Assembly: GCA_046563655.1 (NCBI GenBank)
Contig: CM102285.1
Coordinates: forward strand, 2,232,001 to 2,296,000
DNA length: 64,000 nt
Direction: 5' to 3'
DNA from: Yuukianura sp. NJ FZ-2021
Lineage: Eukaryota
Part shown: piece after piece, positions 25,354-38,487 of the stretch
Layout of the letters: the number at the start of each line of letters is the position of its first letter
How positions within the stretch are numbered: position 1 is the stretch's first letter
The notes under the pieces: generated by a model
What the model saw: only the letters and a program-made list of their open reading frames with translations
Told to the model about the DNA's origin: nothing
The model's database searches: none
Translations under genes and position numbers: made by a program

Positions 25354-26568
25354 ATGGTTAAGACTTCCGTTTACGTTGTAGCAGGCCTCATCACTTTGGT
25401 CAAAGCACCCTACGTTACTGAAAAAGGTAACTATAGTGTGTCTCTTGCATACTTTGTATATTTTATTGCGAATATTTTAGCGTGTATAACTTTTTGAATT
25501 GATTCCCAGATGAGTTGCCTTTGGAATATTATGGACCGGTTGAATTTCCCTTAGCTCCAAAGTTGTTTGAGTATCCACAGGAGAGAGCTGTAGTGCTAGG
25601 CAAACAAGCCATTCCTGGAGGAAGTAAACGTTGGGCAAATGGCGTTATGCCGTATGTCTTTGACAAGAAATATTGTAAGAAAGTTTTTCATTTTAAGAAG
25701 TTTTCAATATTTAAAAAAAAAGTTGTTTTGCAGCCAGCGCAGATATCGACGTAATCAAAAAAGGCATGTCGCTTATTTCCAGCAGAACATGTATCACCTT
25801 CAAGCCAAGGACGAACGAAAGGCAAATTTGTACAAAAAATTTTTTTTTTGAATTTAAAGAAAAATAATTTACGAGTTGTTTTGATTTTGTATATCCAGGG
25901 ACTATATTTATTTTGAAGATTACGGATGCGCTGCTTATGTTGGTAAAACTGGTTCTGGAAAAACTACTGTATGGATGAGCAAAGCTAAAGAGCATTACTG
26001 TCTCATTCCGGAAGTGGTTGCTCATGAACTCATCCATGCAATTGGCCTGCATCATGAGCAACAACGGCCTGATAGAGATGACTACATCTTTGTCAATTGG
26101 GACAACATCGACCAATCAAGTAATTCAAAAAAAAAATTATACTGTACGCTTTCCTAAAAATAGAGCATAAAAAATATAAAAAAAAAAAGAGATCGCGCGC
26201 GCGCAAAAAAAAAATCTCCCACCACAAATGACTATTTTTTTTGCCCGCGATCTCTTTTACAAACTTTTTTTTTTACTTGGTACTAACTTGGAATTTTGTA
26301 AAAATAATTCTCCCAATTGTTATTTCTTTCAGATAAAAATTGGATTCATAACATTTATGAAAAAATGCCTGATAGTTGGTCGACGTTTGGAGTGCCCTAT
26401 GACCTCGACAGTATAATGCACTATCCGCAAGGTATTCTGGCTTTGAACTACAGCAAGCCCACAATGATTTCGAAAATCCCCGGGAAAGAAGTTCCAACGA
26501 GACGTTTGAATGACAAGCTCACAGAAAATGATGCAGAAAAAATTCGTCGGATGTATAGATGCAAATAA
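25354..26568 (+). CDS. Astacin-family (M12A) zinc metalloprotease, 5 exons
   Basis: Exons 25354-25426, 25510-25674, 25734-25821, 25899-26119, 26333-26568. Signal peptide, [19 protein letters not shown] and Met-turn SIMHY. Intron 3 is GC-AG. Confidence 0.93.
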
Positions 26569-27096
26569 AATTTATTCGGAAGACCAAAATCAAAATTTAA
26601 CCTTGAATAAAGTGTTACTTTCAAAATATACATAACTGTGTCATTTGGAATTAATTGACTCCATCTGTCATACAAACCGCACTGACCCCTAATTGTCCAA
26701 GGATGATTGATTTGTTTTCATTTATTCATTCATTTTTTTTCTATCCGCAAATTTATTTCATTGCGAGTGCGGACAAGTCATTAAAGAATTAATGTGGCTC
26801 ATCTGCAAACACTTACCAGTTGTACCGTTCGACAATTTCACAAGGCCATACCAGCACACCTCACGGTTATACTATACCAACGAATCAGCAGATGTGTTCT
26901 TAAACATAAAAATAGTATGCGAGTTTAACTTGCTTAGTAAATTCAAATCTATTTCAAGGTTGAAATATAAAATTATTTTATGTTATCAAAACATTAGAGC
27001 ACATAGATGATAGTATCCGTTTGGTTAATATGTTTTGCTGTATTTCCAATATATCCGTGGCACGGAAACAAATTAAAAAAAAATCTATCCAATTTT

Positions 27097-29184
27097 TTAA
27101 GTATTCGAATTCCAATAATCAAGGAAGCTGGAGGACTTAGGGATTGAAATTGTCACTGCGTCGTGGTCCTGCATCAATACATCGCGGTAATGCTTCTCCT
27201 GAAATAGTAAAGTCTCATTATAACTACATTAATCGAAATTCCTTTTCGCATTTCGAAAAATAAGTATAATGCAAATCAAAATAATTTCCTGGGCTTTTGA
27301 AATTGTTAAACTGCTCATTCAGATCGGAGCATGTTGTAAGTATACCTAGTGAATTATACCTTGAACTTTCAGGCACTTACCTCATCAAAATTATGAAAAC
27401 TGAAAACCAGTCTTTGGAGACGTCGTAATTGACCAGTTCTACTTGCATAAATAACTCCCTTCCAGCACTCAATCTTTTCTCCAGAAAACTTCAGTTCTGT
27501 CAACACTAAAAAACAGTAAACAAAAACTGGATTATTTTATGTTGGATTTTAAAAATCAGAGATCATTGAATTCCAAATATCTTTTAATAAACACAAATTA
27601 ATTGTTCATTGATTAAGAATATATAAAGGACTTTGCGTGTGACTCTTACGTGGTAAATTCCGAAAAGAATCAGAGGTGTGGTGAGCCTGTAGCGGGAAAT
27701 TGCAAATCATTTCTCTCGAGACATATTTCGCTCCGCCCGTTAAATACTTCCAGTGCAAACGCGGTTTAGCAATATATTCAAATGGTGAATCAATCTTCAA
27801 CTTCAGTTTTCTTAACTTTGAAAATTGAAATATCCCCCGTAAAGTGTGAGAATTTACTTCCAAGTTTTCAACGTTTGGAAGTATGAGTGGCCACTTCTCA
27901 CGTTCTTCTTTCGTTTTGAAACTAATGTTTGCAAATTTCACATTTGGAAAAACACATCCGGAAAAGCTGAACTTGTGGGTCAGTATGCAACTTCTGTAAG
28001 TGAGGCTGGTTAGAGTTGGAAATTCTATTGTGTTAGTGTCTACTGCAGGCGTGTGCAGAAAACAAACCTGCAAAAACTGCAAGTTCGCTAAAGAATTGAA
28101 TGGTATCGGTATCACAATTGGATCGCCTTCGTACCGGTACCTCATGTGACCAGGGATTAGGTAACGTTCGACTTTCAGAGTGAGTTTGCGTACAAACGTC
28201 AGTTTTCCAATCCATTTTGAAAAAGCGGAAAGAGTTTGATCATATTCTGCTGATTTGCCGTCCGATGGAATTAGAACCAAATTCAATTCAATAATTTTAA
28301 ACTGACTTAAAATTGCAACCAAATCGTTTAACTCATCAGTGTAGTCCGGCAATAGCAGATACTTTAGCGGGATCGAAAAAATCAGACCCAACTTTTGCAA
28401 GTAAACACTTGGTTTGGTTATGTGCAGTTGATTTAAGAGCTTTGCCACAGACGTTGGTGGTTGTTGATAATCACATTTCCGGTATTCAATTGAAACGTTA
28501 CGGAGGTTTGGTGATTTTTGAAGAACTTGGTCCAAAAGAGGAAAGGATTCAAACTTTTCTGTATACTTGGAAAACATTATGTTGATAGTCTTCAAACTAT
28601 TAAGCATAGGAATTGCTGGAAATTCTCCACTTTCTTGGTATAAAATGTAGTAACTCATTTCTTCTACGTTTGTACAATTTTCCAGTAGTAGTTTGACGTT
28701 TTCAAAAAACAAAGTCTTTTGGGGCTCGAATGCCCAGGAATTACGGTGATACAAAATTTCCCAGAGTTTCACAAATTTTCCAAACTTGACGCAAAACTTG
28801 TCCAATGAGTCAGAATACCGCAGCAGATTTTCATCAAACCCGAATTTGTGAAAGGGGAAAGCTGTTTGGTTTTGTTTGAATGTTTCAACAAATTTTGAAA
28901 TATCATCGTCTTTCTTCAAGTTCACTTGAAATAATTTTTGCACAAATGATGTTGCAAGGTGATTGTATCTCTTACTCACGAGACGTATACATGGAATGTC
29001 ACTCTTCTTCAGATAGCTGATGATATGAAACAGTACCTTGAAGACAAGTTTAATACTCATAATTATATCAGTTAAGAAACAAGACTGTGTACTTACACCG
29101 TAATAATAAGTGTCAAGTTCATAATTTTAAATTATATAAATACAACTATGAAGTTAAGCTTACCTCATTTGAAATACCATCCAT
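27097..29184 (-). CDS. F-box/LRR-like gene B, 4 exons
   Basis: Exons 29184-29164, 29036-27650, 27505-27381, 27198-27097. N-terminal F-box and LxxLxL-type repeats. Confidence 0.85.
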
Positions 29185-29704
29185 GACTGCCACGAAGGTT
29201 TCGTAACTTACTGACTGGTTCAAATGACAACTGAAAATTAGCTGTTGTGTGTATGTTTTTTTTTTTTTCGAAAATTGAGTACGCTTTTGAAAGTTTTGTT
29301 TGAAAAGAGGATTTGGCTGTCTACAAAAAATAGAAAACATGAATGAAAGCGGTGGTACCAAGTACGCAGCAGGCAGCAAGGGGCACTTTATCCTCGGTTG
29401 CTGGGTTTGTTATGGCACGAAGCTTACCTTTTAGCATAGCAATAGCAACACACTTGATGAGTGTTGTTGGGTGGTGCGGCGAATCCTAAGACACAGCAGA
29501 AGCGACTGACTTCTGACTTCAAACGGGCATTTTAGTTTAAAATTTTGTTACTCTGACGAAATGAAATATTCTACTACATGGTTGAGGCGTATGAAATTTA
29601 AATATATTAAACTACAGAAATAATTATAAATACATCGTAAGTATCAAAATATCAAATTTGTAAGAGAGTTATATAGGTGATGTTATCAGAGTTATCAGAA
29701 TCAG

Positions 29705-31770
29705 CTACGCTATTGTACAACAGTGGTTTGAAGTAGACCTATCTTGTATTGGATGTGGATCCCGCTGGTTTATGCCATTCACACTGTCATGGGATGGATT
29801 GCACTGGGTTATGCCATTCACGCTGTCATGGGATGGATTGCACTGGGTTATGCCATTCACACTGTCATGGTATTGCAGTAACACTTCCTGGTATTGATTT
29901 TTCTGAAAAAAAAGTATAAATATATTACCTGTAACTTTGTACAATTTAATTTGTTTCATTTTTGATTTATGTTCGCAAGTGAAATGTAACAGTGTAAAAA
30001 AAGTAATTTCACTAACTCAAACAGTGATCTATTAGCATATAGATTATGTCACTCACCAAATCAAATTGGTCAAAATTGAAATCCAGTCTTCGAAGACGGC
30101 GTAGTGTCCCAGTTCTACTTGCATAAATTACACCTTTCCAGCATTCAATGTTCTCCAACGAAAATGACAACTCCGACAAAACTATAAAATTGAAAGAAAA
30201 AAATTAAATTAAAATTTGAAAATACTTAAACCACCACTTAAAATGTCAGTAAAAAATAATTAAATGCTTACGTGGTAAGTTCCGGAAAGAATCCATAGGA
30301 CATAAAGTTTTGTGAACTATAACCGGGGAATTGCAAATTTCGTTACTCGGAATGTATTTTGCTCCGCCAGTTAGATACTTCCAATGTAACCGATGAACAG
30401 CACCGTTTGTATTACTGGCACGAATGGTAATATCAAGTTTCCGTAATTTTGAAAATACAAAAATGCCCTCTAGTGATTCAGATGTAATTTTTAAGTCTTC
30501 AACATTTGGTAGCATGAATGGCCACTTCACAATTTCTTCGTCAGTTGTTAAGTTAATTTCTGCACATTTTACATTTGGGAAGATACATCCCAAAAAGCTT
30601 GAGTTGTTGGTTATTGCGAAATTTTGACAACTGACGATGAGTTTAACAAGCACGGGAAAATACGCCTGTTTACATTTGACCCCTTGAATTTGGAATCCAA
30701 AAACTTCCAAAATTTGCAACTTTGCTAAGGAATGCAGTGGCAGCGAAATTGGATAAGCTACAGGCTCATCACGAAGCGAACGGATCCCGTCGTCGCGCTT
30801 GACCATAACAGCAAGCTTGCGCACAAATGTCAATTTTTCTAACCATTTTTCTAAAATGTGAAGTGTTTGGTATACCGATTCTGCGCCGATGTCGGTATCT
30901 CGAGCGTACATCTCCAACTTTAGCTCAAAAATTTTAAGTTGTTTTGAAATTGTGGCAAAATTTTTGACATCATCGATCGCCCGAGGAGGAACCCTAGTGC
31001 TCACACTTAACTTTACATGTACATTTGGTTTTATCTTTAGCACTTGGTCTAACAAAGTTGCTACCAACAGTAAGTCCACTTGCGAACCATCGACTGAAAT
31101 AGCATGTAGATTTGGCGCTAATTTTAAAAACTGAACCAGTAGTGGAAAGCAGTCGTCTGGATAAGAATATCTTGTCATGTATCTATATATAAACGTAATG
31201 TTGATTCTACGTAGGTTATTGAGAACTGGCATTGTTGCATGTTCACCCATCTCAACTTCATAAATGTAGTGACTGAATTCCTCTACATTTTGGCAGTTTT
31301 CCAACAACGTTTGGACGTTTCTGGAAAAGGCATGTCGTCTTATTACTGAAAAGTCAAACTCCAGAATATCCCACGTTTTAACAAATTTTCCAAATTCAGA
31401 ACAAAACGTATTCAGTGGCTGCCGTAACATTGTTTCGTAGAGGAGGTCACCTTTGAAACCAAACTTGTGAAAAATAAAACCGGTTTGACTTTGTTTAAAC
31501 ACTGTAACGTAATTGACGACATCACGGACTTTGTGAAAGTCTACTCTAAAATACGTTTGAACAAATGGTGTTGCCAGTTGATTGAAACGGTGACTCACGA
31601 GACGTAATTTTGGAATGTCGTTTTTGTCCAAAAAACTTATGATTATCTCCAGTACCTAAGAAACATTAGTTGATAAGAAAGTCAAAGAAAAACGGTTTAT
31701 TTAGTTTTAAGAAAGTTTCTGAAACATATTTTTCCGAGTTTAAACTTACATCATAGGGAACAGATTCCAT
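29705..31770 (-). CDS. F-box/LRR-like gene C, 4 exons, with a C-terminal 13-aa repeat
   Basis: Exons 31770-31750, 31655-30272, 30181-30057, 29902-29705. F-box MESVPYDVLEIIISFLDKNDIPKLRLVSHRF. Confidence 0.85.
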
Positions 31771-31814
31771 GGTTATCGTAAAAATAGCACCAAACTGCTA
31801 GTAATCCAAAGGAA

Positions 31815-31871
31815 GACTGAATCATTCAGTGAATGATTCAGTCATCATCAGAGTGACTGACGTTCACTCTG
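31815..31871. promoter_or_regulatory. Paired palindromes upstream of F-box gene C, containing TGAnTCA motifs
   Basis: gactgaatcattca-g-tgaatgattcagtc followed by cagagtga...tcactctg, ~45 bp upstream of the ATG and conserved at 49329-49394. Confidence 0.45.
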
Positions 31872-32293
31872 TTTTGGAAATATTATTATCTTCGGTTTTA
31901 ATCAATCGATAATTATCTGTTAAACTTTAGTCATTATTGTTTTGCAGTGCATTTTAGTAGCTATTAGCAAACATCGTCACGTAAACTTGTGTACGCTGAG
32001 CCAATATGAACGCGCAAAATCGTTTTTCCGCTATCGTACGACGTCGGGGTCACATTATGGTTGCCCCGTTCCGTCGATGACTCAGTTTCCATGTGAATCC
32101 AACAAGTACACTGTCATTGAACTCCATCAATACTTCCGGGTATCGCTCCATCTGAAACAGCAGTTATCTTTGTTATATCTAATTTACTTTATACTGCAAA
32201 ATTATTACGACCGGAACTTACATACAACCCGTAGACCCAAAAAGTATGTATATTTTTTATCTTGTGTATAACAAGAAATTTTATAATAAAGTA

Positions 32294-32507
32294 CAGTAAT
32301 GGACCTCACTTAGAAACTCCTCTGATTGGCTCTTCTCATTTCAGTCCTCCCACGGTTACCGTAAAACTTCGAGTAATGTGCAAAACTCTTACATTGAGTT
32401 GAGTTTTGACAATTTCTCTACCCGGCTTCTCTCCACTAGTTGGAAGTTGGCCGTATAAGAGGAGGGAGAAAGAGGCATAGCGTGGTTTCTAAGATTGGTC
32501 CATTACG
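32294..32507. mobile_element. Tc1/mariner-like MITE with TA TSD
   Basis: Imperfect ~24-bp TIR (cagtaatggacc...cttagaaac) with TA on both sides. The empty site aaagtattccgg is present in the duplicate block at ~49817-49828. Confidence 0.85.
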
Positions 32508-32840
32508 TATTCCGGTCCATCTACATTCTACAGAGTTTTTGTGACGTAGAGATGCTAGACTCACTGCTTCCGTAGGAATAGGAACGCCGATCTTATTTTG
32601 CATGTTAGGTTTAACCTTGTGTAAGCAAGTCGGGATTGGTTGGTTCGCCGAAATATGTAATGTTGATCGTCTTTAATCGGAGATACACCAGTTGTGCTTT
32701 TACATTTAAATTCTTTATTTAAAAAGACATGCCTTTGGAAATAAATTCCGCACGTCTTCAGGGATAACACTTTTAGAAAAAATATTTGTTTTTATTTTGT
32801 TGACATCGGCTTTAATGTCAACGGTGGTGGTCCATTTCAA

Positions 32841-33975
32841 CCTGGGCCCAATTATGATTCAGAGTGACAGTTGGGGTATTTTTGGGGTAATACCGTAACC
32901 CCTCGATTACTCTTCAAGTTACCCCCGATTACGAACTTTTTTGGAGTAATTTTGGAAAGTGTAAATTTGGGGTTTCGACTTTACACTTTCTATACTCCGC
33001 GGTAACTCCAAATTTCAAAAACATAAACAAACCAACCACATTCAAACTTCAAATCAAATAAGTCCCGACCAGCTGTTTTTGATTTGATTGCTTAGAACAT
33101 CATTTCTACTATCCACTTAATGTGTAAATGACAACTAAATGATAGCATGACATGATGTACCAGAATCACGACACGCCGTAGGCGTTGCCACTGCCCGTGG
33201 GGCAGGGGTTGACACTACGGTGTATTTATGACTACCAACTACGTTTAGTTCCTAAGGTTAGTTGCTTTGCATAGTTATAGTTACTAAGTCCTCATGTGAA
33301 TGCATTCCAATCATATTTTGAAGTACATGTGTCATAATTAGTATGAACGATAGCACCCACGATACCATACCGGGGCCCGTTTGGAAATATGTCAAAGTTC
33401 AGACTAAGTAGTTCCAGACGACCACCGAAATGACCCAAATGTGACTGACATGTCAAAATGATGGCCTTACTAAAATGAACAACTTTATAAATGCAAATTT
33501 TTTGGTCATACGTACGTACCGAATCTGAACTTTGACATCTTTGCAAAACAGGGTCTTGTAAGTGATAACGTTGGACCTCACATTGTCCATGACCCTGCGG
33601 CGTTGACACAGCTTCACTGGCATTGACACGCAGGGTTCAATATTGGAATATGTACCTAAACCGATTGCGAAGCGATGAATTCGTAATGGTTTTGGGACTT
33701 TACCCGCAATAAACCCTCTCAAGAGCAGGATAACTTTTCGGGTCATTTTAGAGTATGATGATCCGAATCATAATCAACACTGACAGAAAAGGGTTAAAAT
33801 AGTGTGAGTTTGGGGTTCCGATAGGGTGTATCTGGAGTTTCGTCGGAGTATGCAGGGGTAACTGTGGAGTTGGGGTGAACTCTCAATCGTAGTTAGAGTA
33901 AGGGAATTTGGAGTTAGGAAAGTGTTACTTTGGAGTAACTTTTCCTTTCACTCCAAATCATAATTCCGTCCCTGG
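32841..33975. mobile_element. Degenerate hAT-like non-autonomous element with a probable nested insertion
   Basis: Imperfect TIR cctggg...aattatgatt...gagtga / tcactc...aatcataatt...ccctgg with ggagtaac/ggggta subterminal repeats. The TSD is degenerate. Confidence 0.5.
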
Positions 33976-35022
33976 ATGCAACAACATTACTGAAGGTAAA
34001 ATCATTTAATTCTCAAATCAAGCAAAGCTCTGATTCCTTTGAAAATATTCCAACTTACGTGATTTCTTTCTACAGTATACTGCGCACATGACAAGGCTCT
34101 AATTTACTTCGCCGAATCCATCACTAGGAATGACCTAATTGCTGAGCAACTTTGTCTGCTTTGTTTTGTGGCAAGCTCAGAGGTCACGTTTGGAGAACAT
34201 TGCCCCCCGGGGTAACCGTAGTAAATAACGTCAACAGATATAATTCAGGAGCCAACTTAAAAACCCAACCGTTGGAAATCATAAAAACATATTCTGCTTT
34301 TAATCATTTCAGAAGTACTGGACTATACGAAATCAACATAATTTAAATCGACTTGTGAGTGACCTAAACACTAATGCGTAAAAGGGAAACTGTAAAACAA
34401 TGAAAATGACTCCTAACCTTGACATGGTTACATTTGAAGAATTATAAAATTCTCAAAATATTCCAATTTTTGTTAAACGATTTTTCAGATAAATTCCGAA
34501 TTTGTTTCAACTTTGTTTCCAAATACCCGTTTCGTGTATTTCAAGCACAATTGAAATCAACTATGGAGAAGCCGGGTCAAATGAATTCCTGACAGAAACC
34601 TATCGAAGATGTCACAAATTATTAAAACCCTAAATCCTGTAAAGTAAAAAAGAAATCAAATAAACACAACTTCTGAATTTGGACATTTTATAAGCATTAC
34701 ACAAGTCGTCCAAACGTTCATTTTAAACCACAAGTTTACTTTTTGCTTTAGTTAAACTAAAACACATTCAAATTTAGGGTAGTATAAAAACTTTCCAGAC
34801 TTGAATCAATTCAATTTCGTTTTGACGGAACCTTAACATGATTCTTTTGACGTGACATGGTTAAAGTAATCTAGATTCTTACAAGGTTCTGAGAATTGTG
34901 TAGGCTATTTATCCATCACGGAAAACTGTTATTCAGACAAGCGTCGTTGAGCAACATCAATGTACATTTTAAAGAATACAAAATAAGTAGAAAAAAAATT
35001 ATCTAACTTTCTTTCTTGAAAA

Positions 35023-36663
35023 ATGCTTAAGCGAACGTACTTAATTTCAATGAGTATCTTTCTCGTATTGGGCTTAAAAACATACCAATCTTCTGGCCAA
35101 GACTGCTTGGAACAGGGCTCTTGTACTAGAGCAGCTACAGCTCCACCTGCTGATGTTGGTAAGAACCATGTCTAGCATGAATCGAGTTTTCTAATAAAAA
35201 AAAAATAGTAATTAAACTCTTAAAGTGAACATAAAGCGCGTATTAGCCGATCAAAAAGAGGTAGGGCGATGCTCAAGGGTTGAGTATAGGTTTTCTGGAG
35301 GGAGTTGACAATTGACATGACTTGCATCAGTCGCAAAACCCTTGAACAAAACGAAATCATTTCCACGAGTCATTAACCAGAAGTAAGGTTGCTATAGCAG
35401 CGAATTATATTTGCTTACAACAGGTTGTCCAGTAACTCGGGGTTTGTAGAAATCTTCCTGCAAACAATTTTCTTCCCCAATTTCCCACCAATTCCTATTA
35501 AAATCTAAATCATTACCATGGAAAGGCAGGGCGCCGCAAGCTTTGCAAATTATTTGAGAAAATTAAAAACGTCGAGTTATTAGACAACCTGGCGTAGATT
35601 TGTTTGTTTACGAACCTTGAACCGGAAGTGTCGCTCAAAACTTTCAGTGCGGATATAGGGGCGTTTTTGTGCACGACTGCGATGGGGCTTATGTTTCAGT
35701 TTAGAGGGTTCTAAAAAATGTGACGGACGTGACGGACAAAGTCGTATCAATAGTCTTCTTCAGCATGTCTACGACATGCTTCTCCAGAAGACTAAAACAG
35801 GAAATGGTCATAAAAGTTTAAGATAGAAATTTGTTTAAAAAAAAATGATAATATTTTTAATTTAAAAAATATAAGTTAAATTATTATATTTTTGGAACAA
35901 TTAAGTTTCAAGATTATAATTTATTTTAGAATATAGGATTGACGTTCAAATTGGAAAATTATCAAATATTTACTTTCAATAACCAACGAAGTATGGCCGC
36001 AATTTTTTGAAAAAAAAAGTTTTTTGTACAATACACAGTTTGAGCTTCTATCTCTAGTGCTGGTTTAGTTACAATTTAAATAAATTTTGCCATTTACGCT
36101 CGACTGTACAGCGGTTTTTCATTTGCAAACAAATGTGAATTGGTGTACCAATCCATAGTTGATTTTCACCCAATCTGTACTTAACGTTTCTAATTTTGTT
36201 TTGTTGTATGTTTTTGAAAAAAAGTTTTATCTTTCAGCAAAATTCCAATGTAACAAGTCAACTTTCACAATGACTCCTTCAAAGATCATCATGGACGGAA
36301 CTAAATCCCAACACTGCTTTGTATTTGTTTATTCTTATACAAACGATTTTGACCCCATTAAAACCGGAACAGCACAAGTGAACTTTGAATTCATGGACAA
36401 GAAGAACAAAGCTTTTCCTGCTTCTTCAGTTATTACTTATTCGTGTGTTGGCGATGACAAGAAAAAAAAGACAAAAACGTTAAGATTTTGTGTAAATTTT
36501 CAAGCAGAACAGAGCAACGGATATGTAAATTAAGAACATTTATTATAATTTTAATTGACGAGTGAAATAACTTAAAATTTATTTCCAGGTCAAATTAAGA
36601 GCCTACATTGGAGAGCCGTATCTTAAGAGGGACAGCTTTATTTGCAACTTGGAGAATATCTAA
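35023..36663 (+). CDS. Unknown secreted Cys-containing protein, 165 aa, 3 exons
   Basis: Exons 35023-35158, 36238-36524, 36589-36663 join in frame with GT-AG sites. Signal peptide MLKRTYLISMSIFLVLGL and AATAAA at ~36692. Confidence 0.75.
35260..35797 (-). mobile_element. HINE/DINE-1-like element (second family) in intron 1 of the secreted-protein gene
   Basis: subTIRs ttctggag/ctccagaa, hairpins gcatgtc-tac-gacatgc and atgctcaa-ggg-ttgagtat, and gacggac repeats. The ends match 41863-42346 in the opposite orientation. Confidence 0.7.
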
Positions 36664-37319
36664 TACCAAAAATAACGTTCGAAAAACTTTCAATAAATTA
36701 CCGATTGGCTTGTACCGTAAGAAATGTAAAAGTAAATTTTCTCTTGGTTTTTTCGTTAAATAAAAGAGAGTTTTAATTATTCAACAGGATTTATCTAACT
36801 TCGTACAACATAGGCACATAAAAGTATACACTTCTAATTGGTTGCTAGTGGTTACAGGTCCTGGATAACCGACTTTCCCTTGGAAAGTTGAAAGTTGGAC
36901 CATGAATTTTTACTTTGCTTGGACTTAACCATGATTCCAAACTCATAAAACTTCAATTTCTTGACCATACCCAGTCAAATTCCGCAAAATAAACAAGTTG
37001 TTTATTGTTGAAGTGTATACTTTTACGTGCCACACCTTGTATAATTTCGTTGTTATTTTTAAGACTCGAGATTCTAATGTCAAAGCATTCTAAATTATTC
37101 ATGCATATTCAATTGTTAACAACCTCAAGAACGATTCATACAAACATGAACGAATTTAATAAACGGACATTAGAGGAAATTATAATCGTTTTTCTACAAA
37201 ATTGAAATGTACTAGTGCTTTTTTTAATAAGAGTCGAGATGCGGATGGTTGAAAACTAGGATTTTAGCGATATACGACACGCATAGTACAGGAGTTCATC
37301 GTCGAGTCAACTAGCTTAA

Positions 37320-37695
37320 TTATCTTTCGTCCAGAGTCCTTGATCGCGACCTTGGTCTGGATGACCTGCTATCATCAGACGTATGCGCAGAGTGGCCATG
37401 TCTTCTCTCCCGTTCCCGGCAAGTAGGTTTGAATTTCAAAATAAGTAATACTTGTCTTTTTTTTTCTCAGTAAAGCTAACCTTTTTCCGTGCCGGATTGA
37501 AATTTCGCGTAACGTCACTTCTCGATCCAGTCTTTCCTGTTCTAGTCTCTCGAGTCGCTGTTTCTCGAAGTCCTTGTCAGTCTTCAACTGCTTGTTCAGT
37601 GCCATCTGCATTCGACGCTTGAGTCTCTCTTGAGGTGTGAGTGTCTTCGAATCTAGTCCATTCCCAACAATCCTCCGGGAACCTGTGGCGGAATC
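37320..37695 (-). pseudogene. CLASRP: 3' fragment (two exons) of CLK4-associating SR-rich splicing factor
   Basis: Exon 37695-37481 encodes LTPQERLKRRMQMALNKQLKTDK...EQERLDRE..LRE, matching the CLASRP C-terminus as recalled. The next exon 37416-37320 (RERERR...RSRSR) has acceptor CCG instead of CAG. No upstream exons are visible. Confidence 0.75.
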
Positions 37696-38487
37696 CTGGC
37701 AAATATTTAAACAGAATTTGAAAAAGTTGAATTAGGGAATACGTATTAGCAAGGTCCTCAACCCACCCGTAGAGATTTTTCATAACCAAGAAAAATGTAG
37801 AACTATGCCCTCGCGCTCCACTTTTTAATCTAAAAAAAACTTGGGCGCGAAAATTTGAAATACGAAAATCGAAAACTACTACAGTAACACTTTGAAATGA
37901 TTTGCCTGGGCGAAATAATGAGCTTACTGACTTTGGACCAAGACTTTGTTGTCACATGTTCACCACCACCACATGATTCAAAATCTGAGGATCATGAACT
38001 AGTTGTTTTTGGTATGTTTACTCGAGCAGTTGATACCTATAATAACACTGTTAAAATCTCTTTTTTAGTATTTCTCATTGACAAAACAGTCATGTGCTAT
38101 AGGATTGTGGTAAGACGGAACAGACTTAAACCACCTAGTCAAACATTTTTTTTGGAATTCACAACATATTGCTTTAGTCAAATAAACTTATAAAATACAA
38201 AATCCGGATCCTTTTTAAATCTCAATTGTGAATCTTTATTTCCAATTATGAATAAGGTCTTTATTTCCAAACGCTTAAAATTGAATTTCAAATTTAGTCT
38301 AAATCTCTAAAATCCAGAAAGTTTTCCTAGTCGATTATGTTTAAACAATTTAATGGCTTATTAGCGGAAAAAGGGTTAAACTCGTTTTGAATTTTTGATT
38401 TCTCACGGTAACCGAAAATTAGGCATTAGAATTAGCACACTTGTAAACAACTGTTTAAAAATGTTTTAAAAATCGGAAACTACCGAT

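Noticed and set aside
25942-25968. Walker A-like GKTGSGKT in the astacin exon
   Set aside because: It falls in the astacin C-x-x-x-VG loop with no P-loop NTPase context, so it is coincidental.
34312-34640. Possible small exons with splice-like sites
   Set aside because: No consistent reading frame or recognisable product could be assembled.
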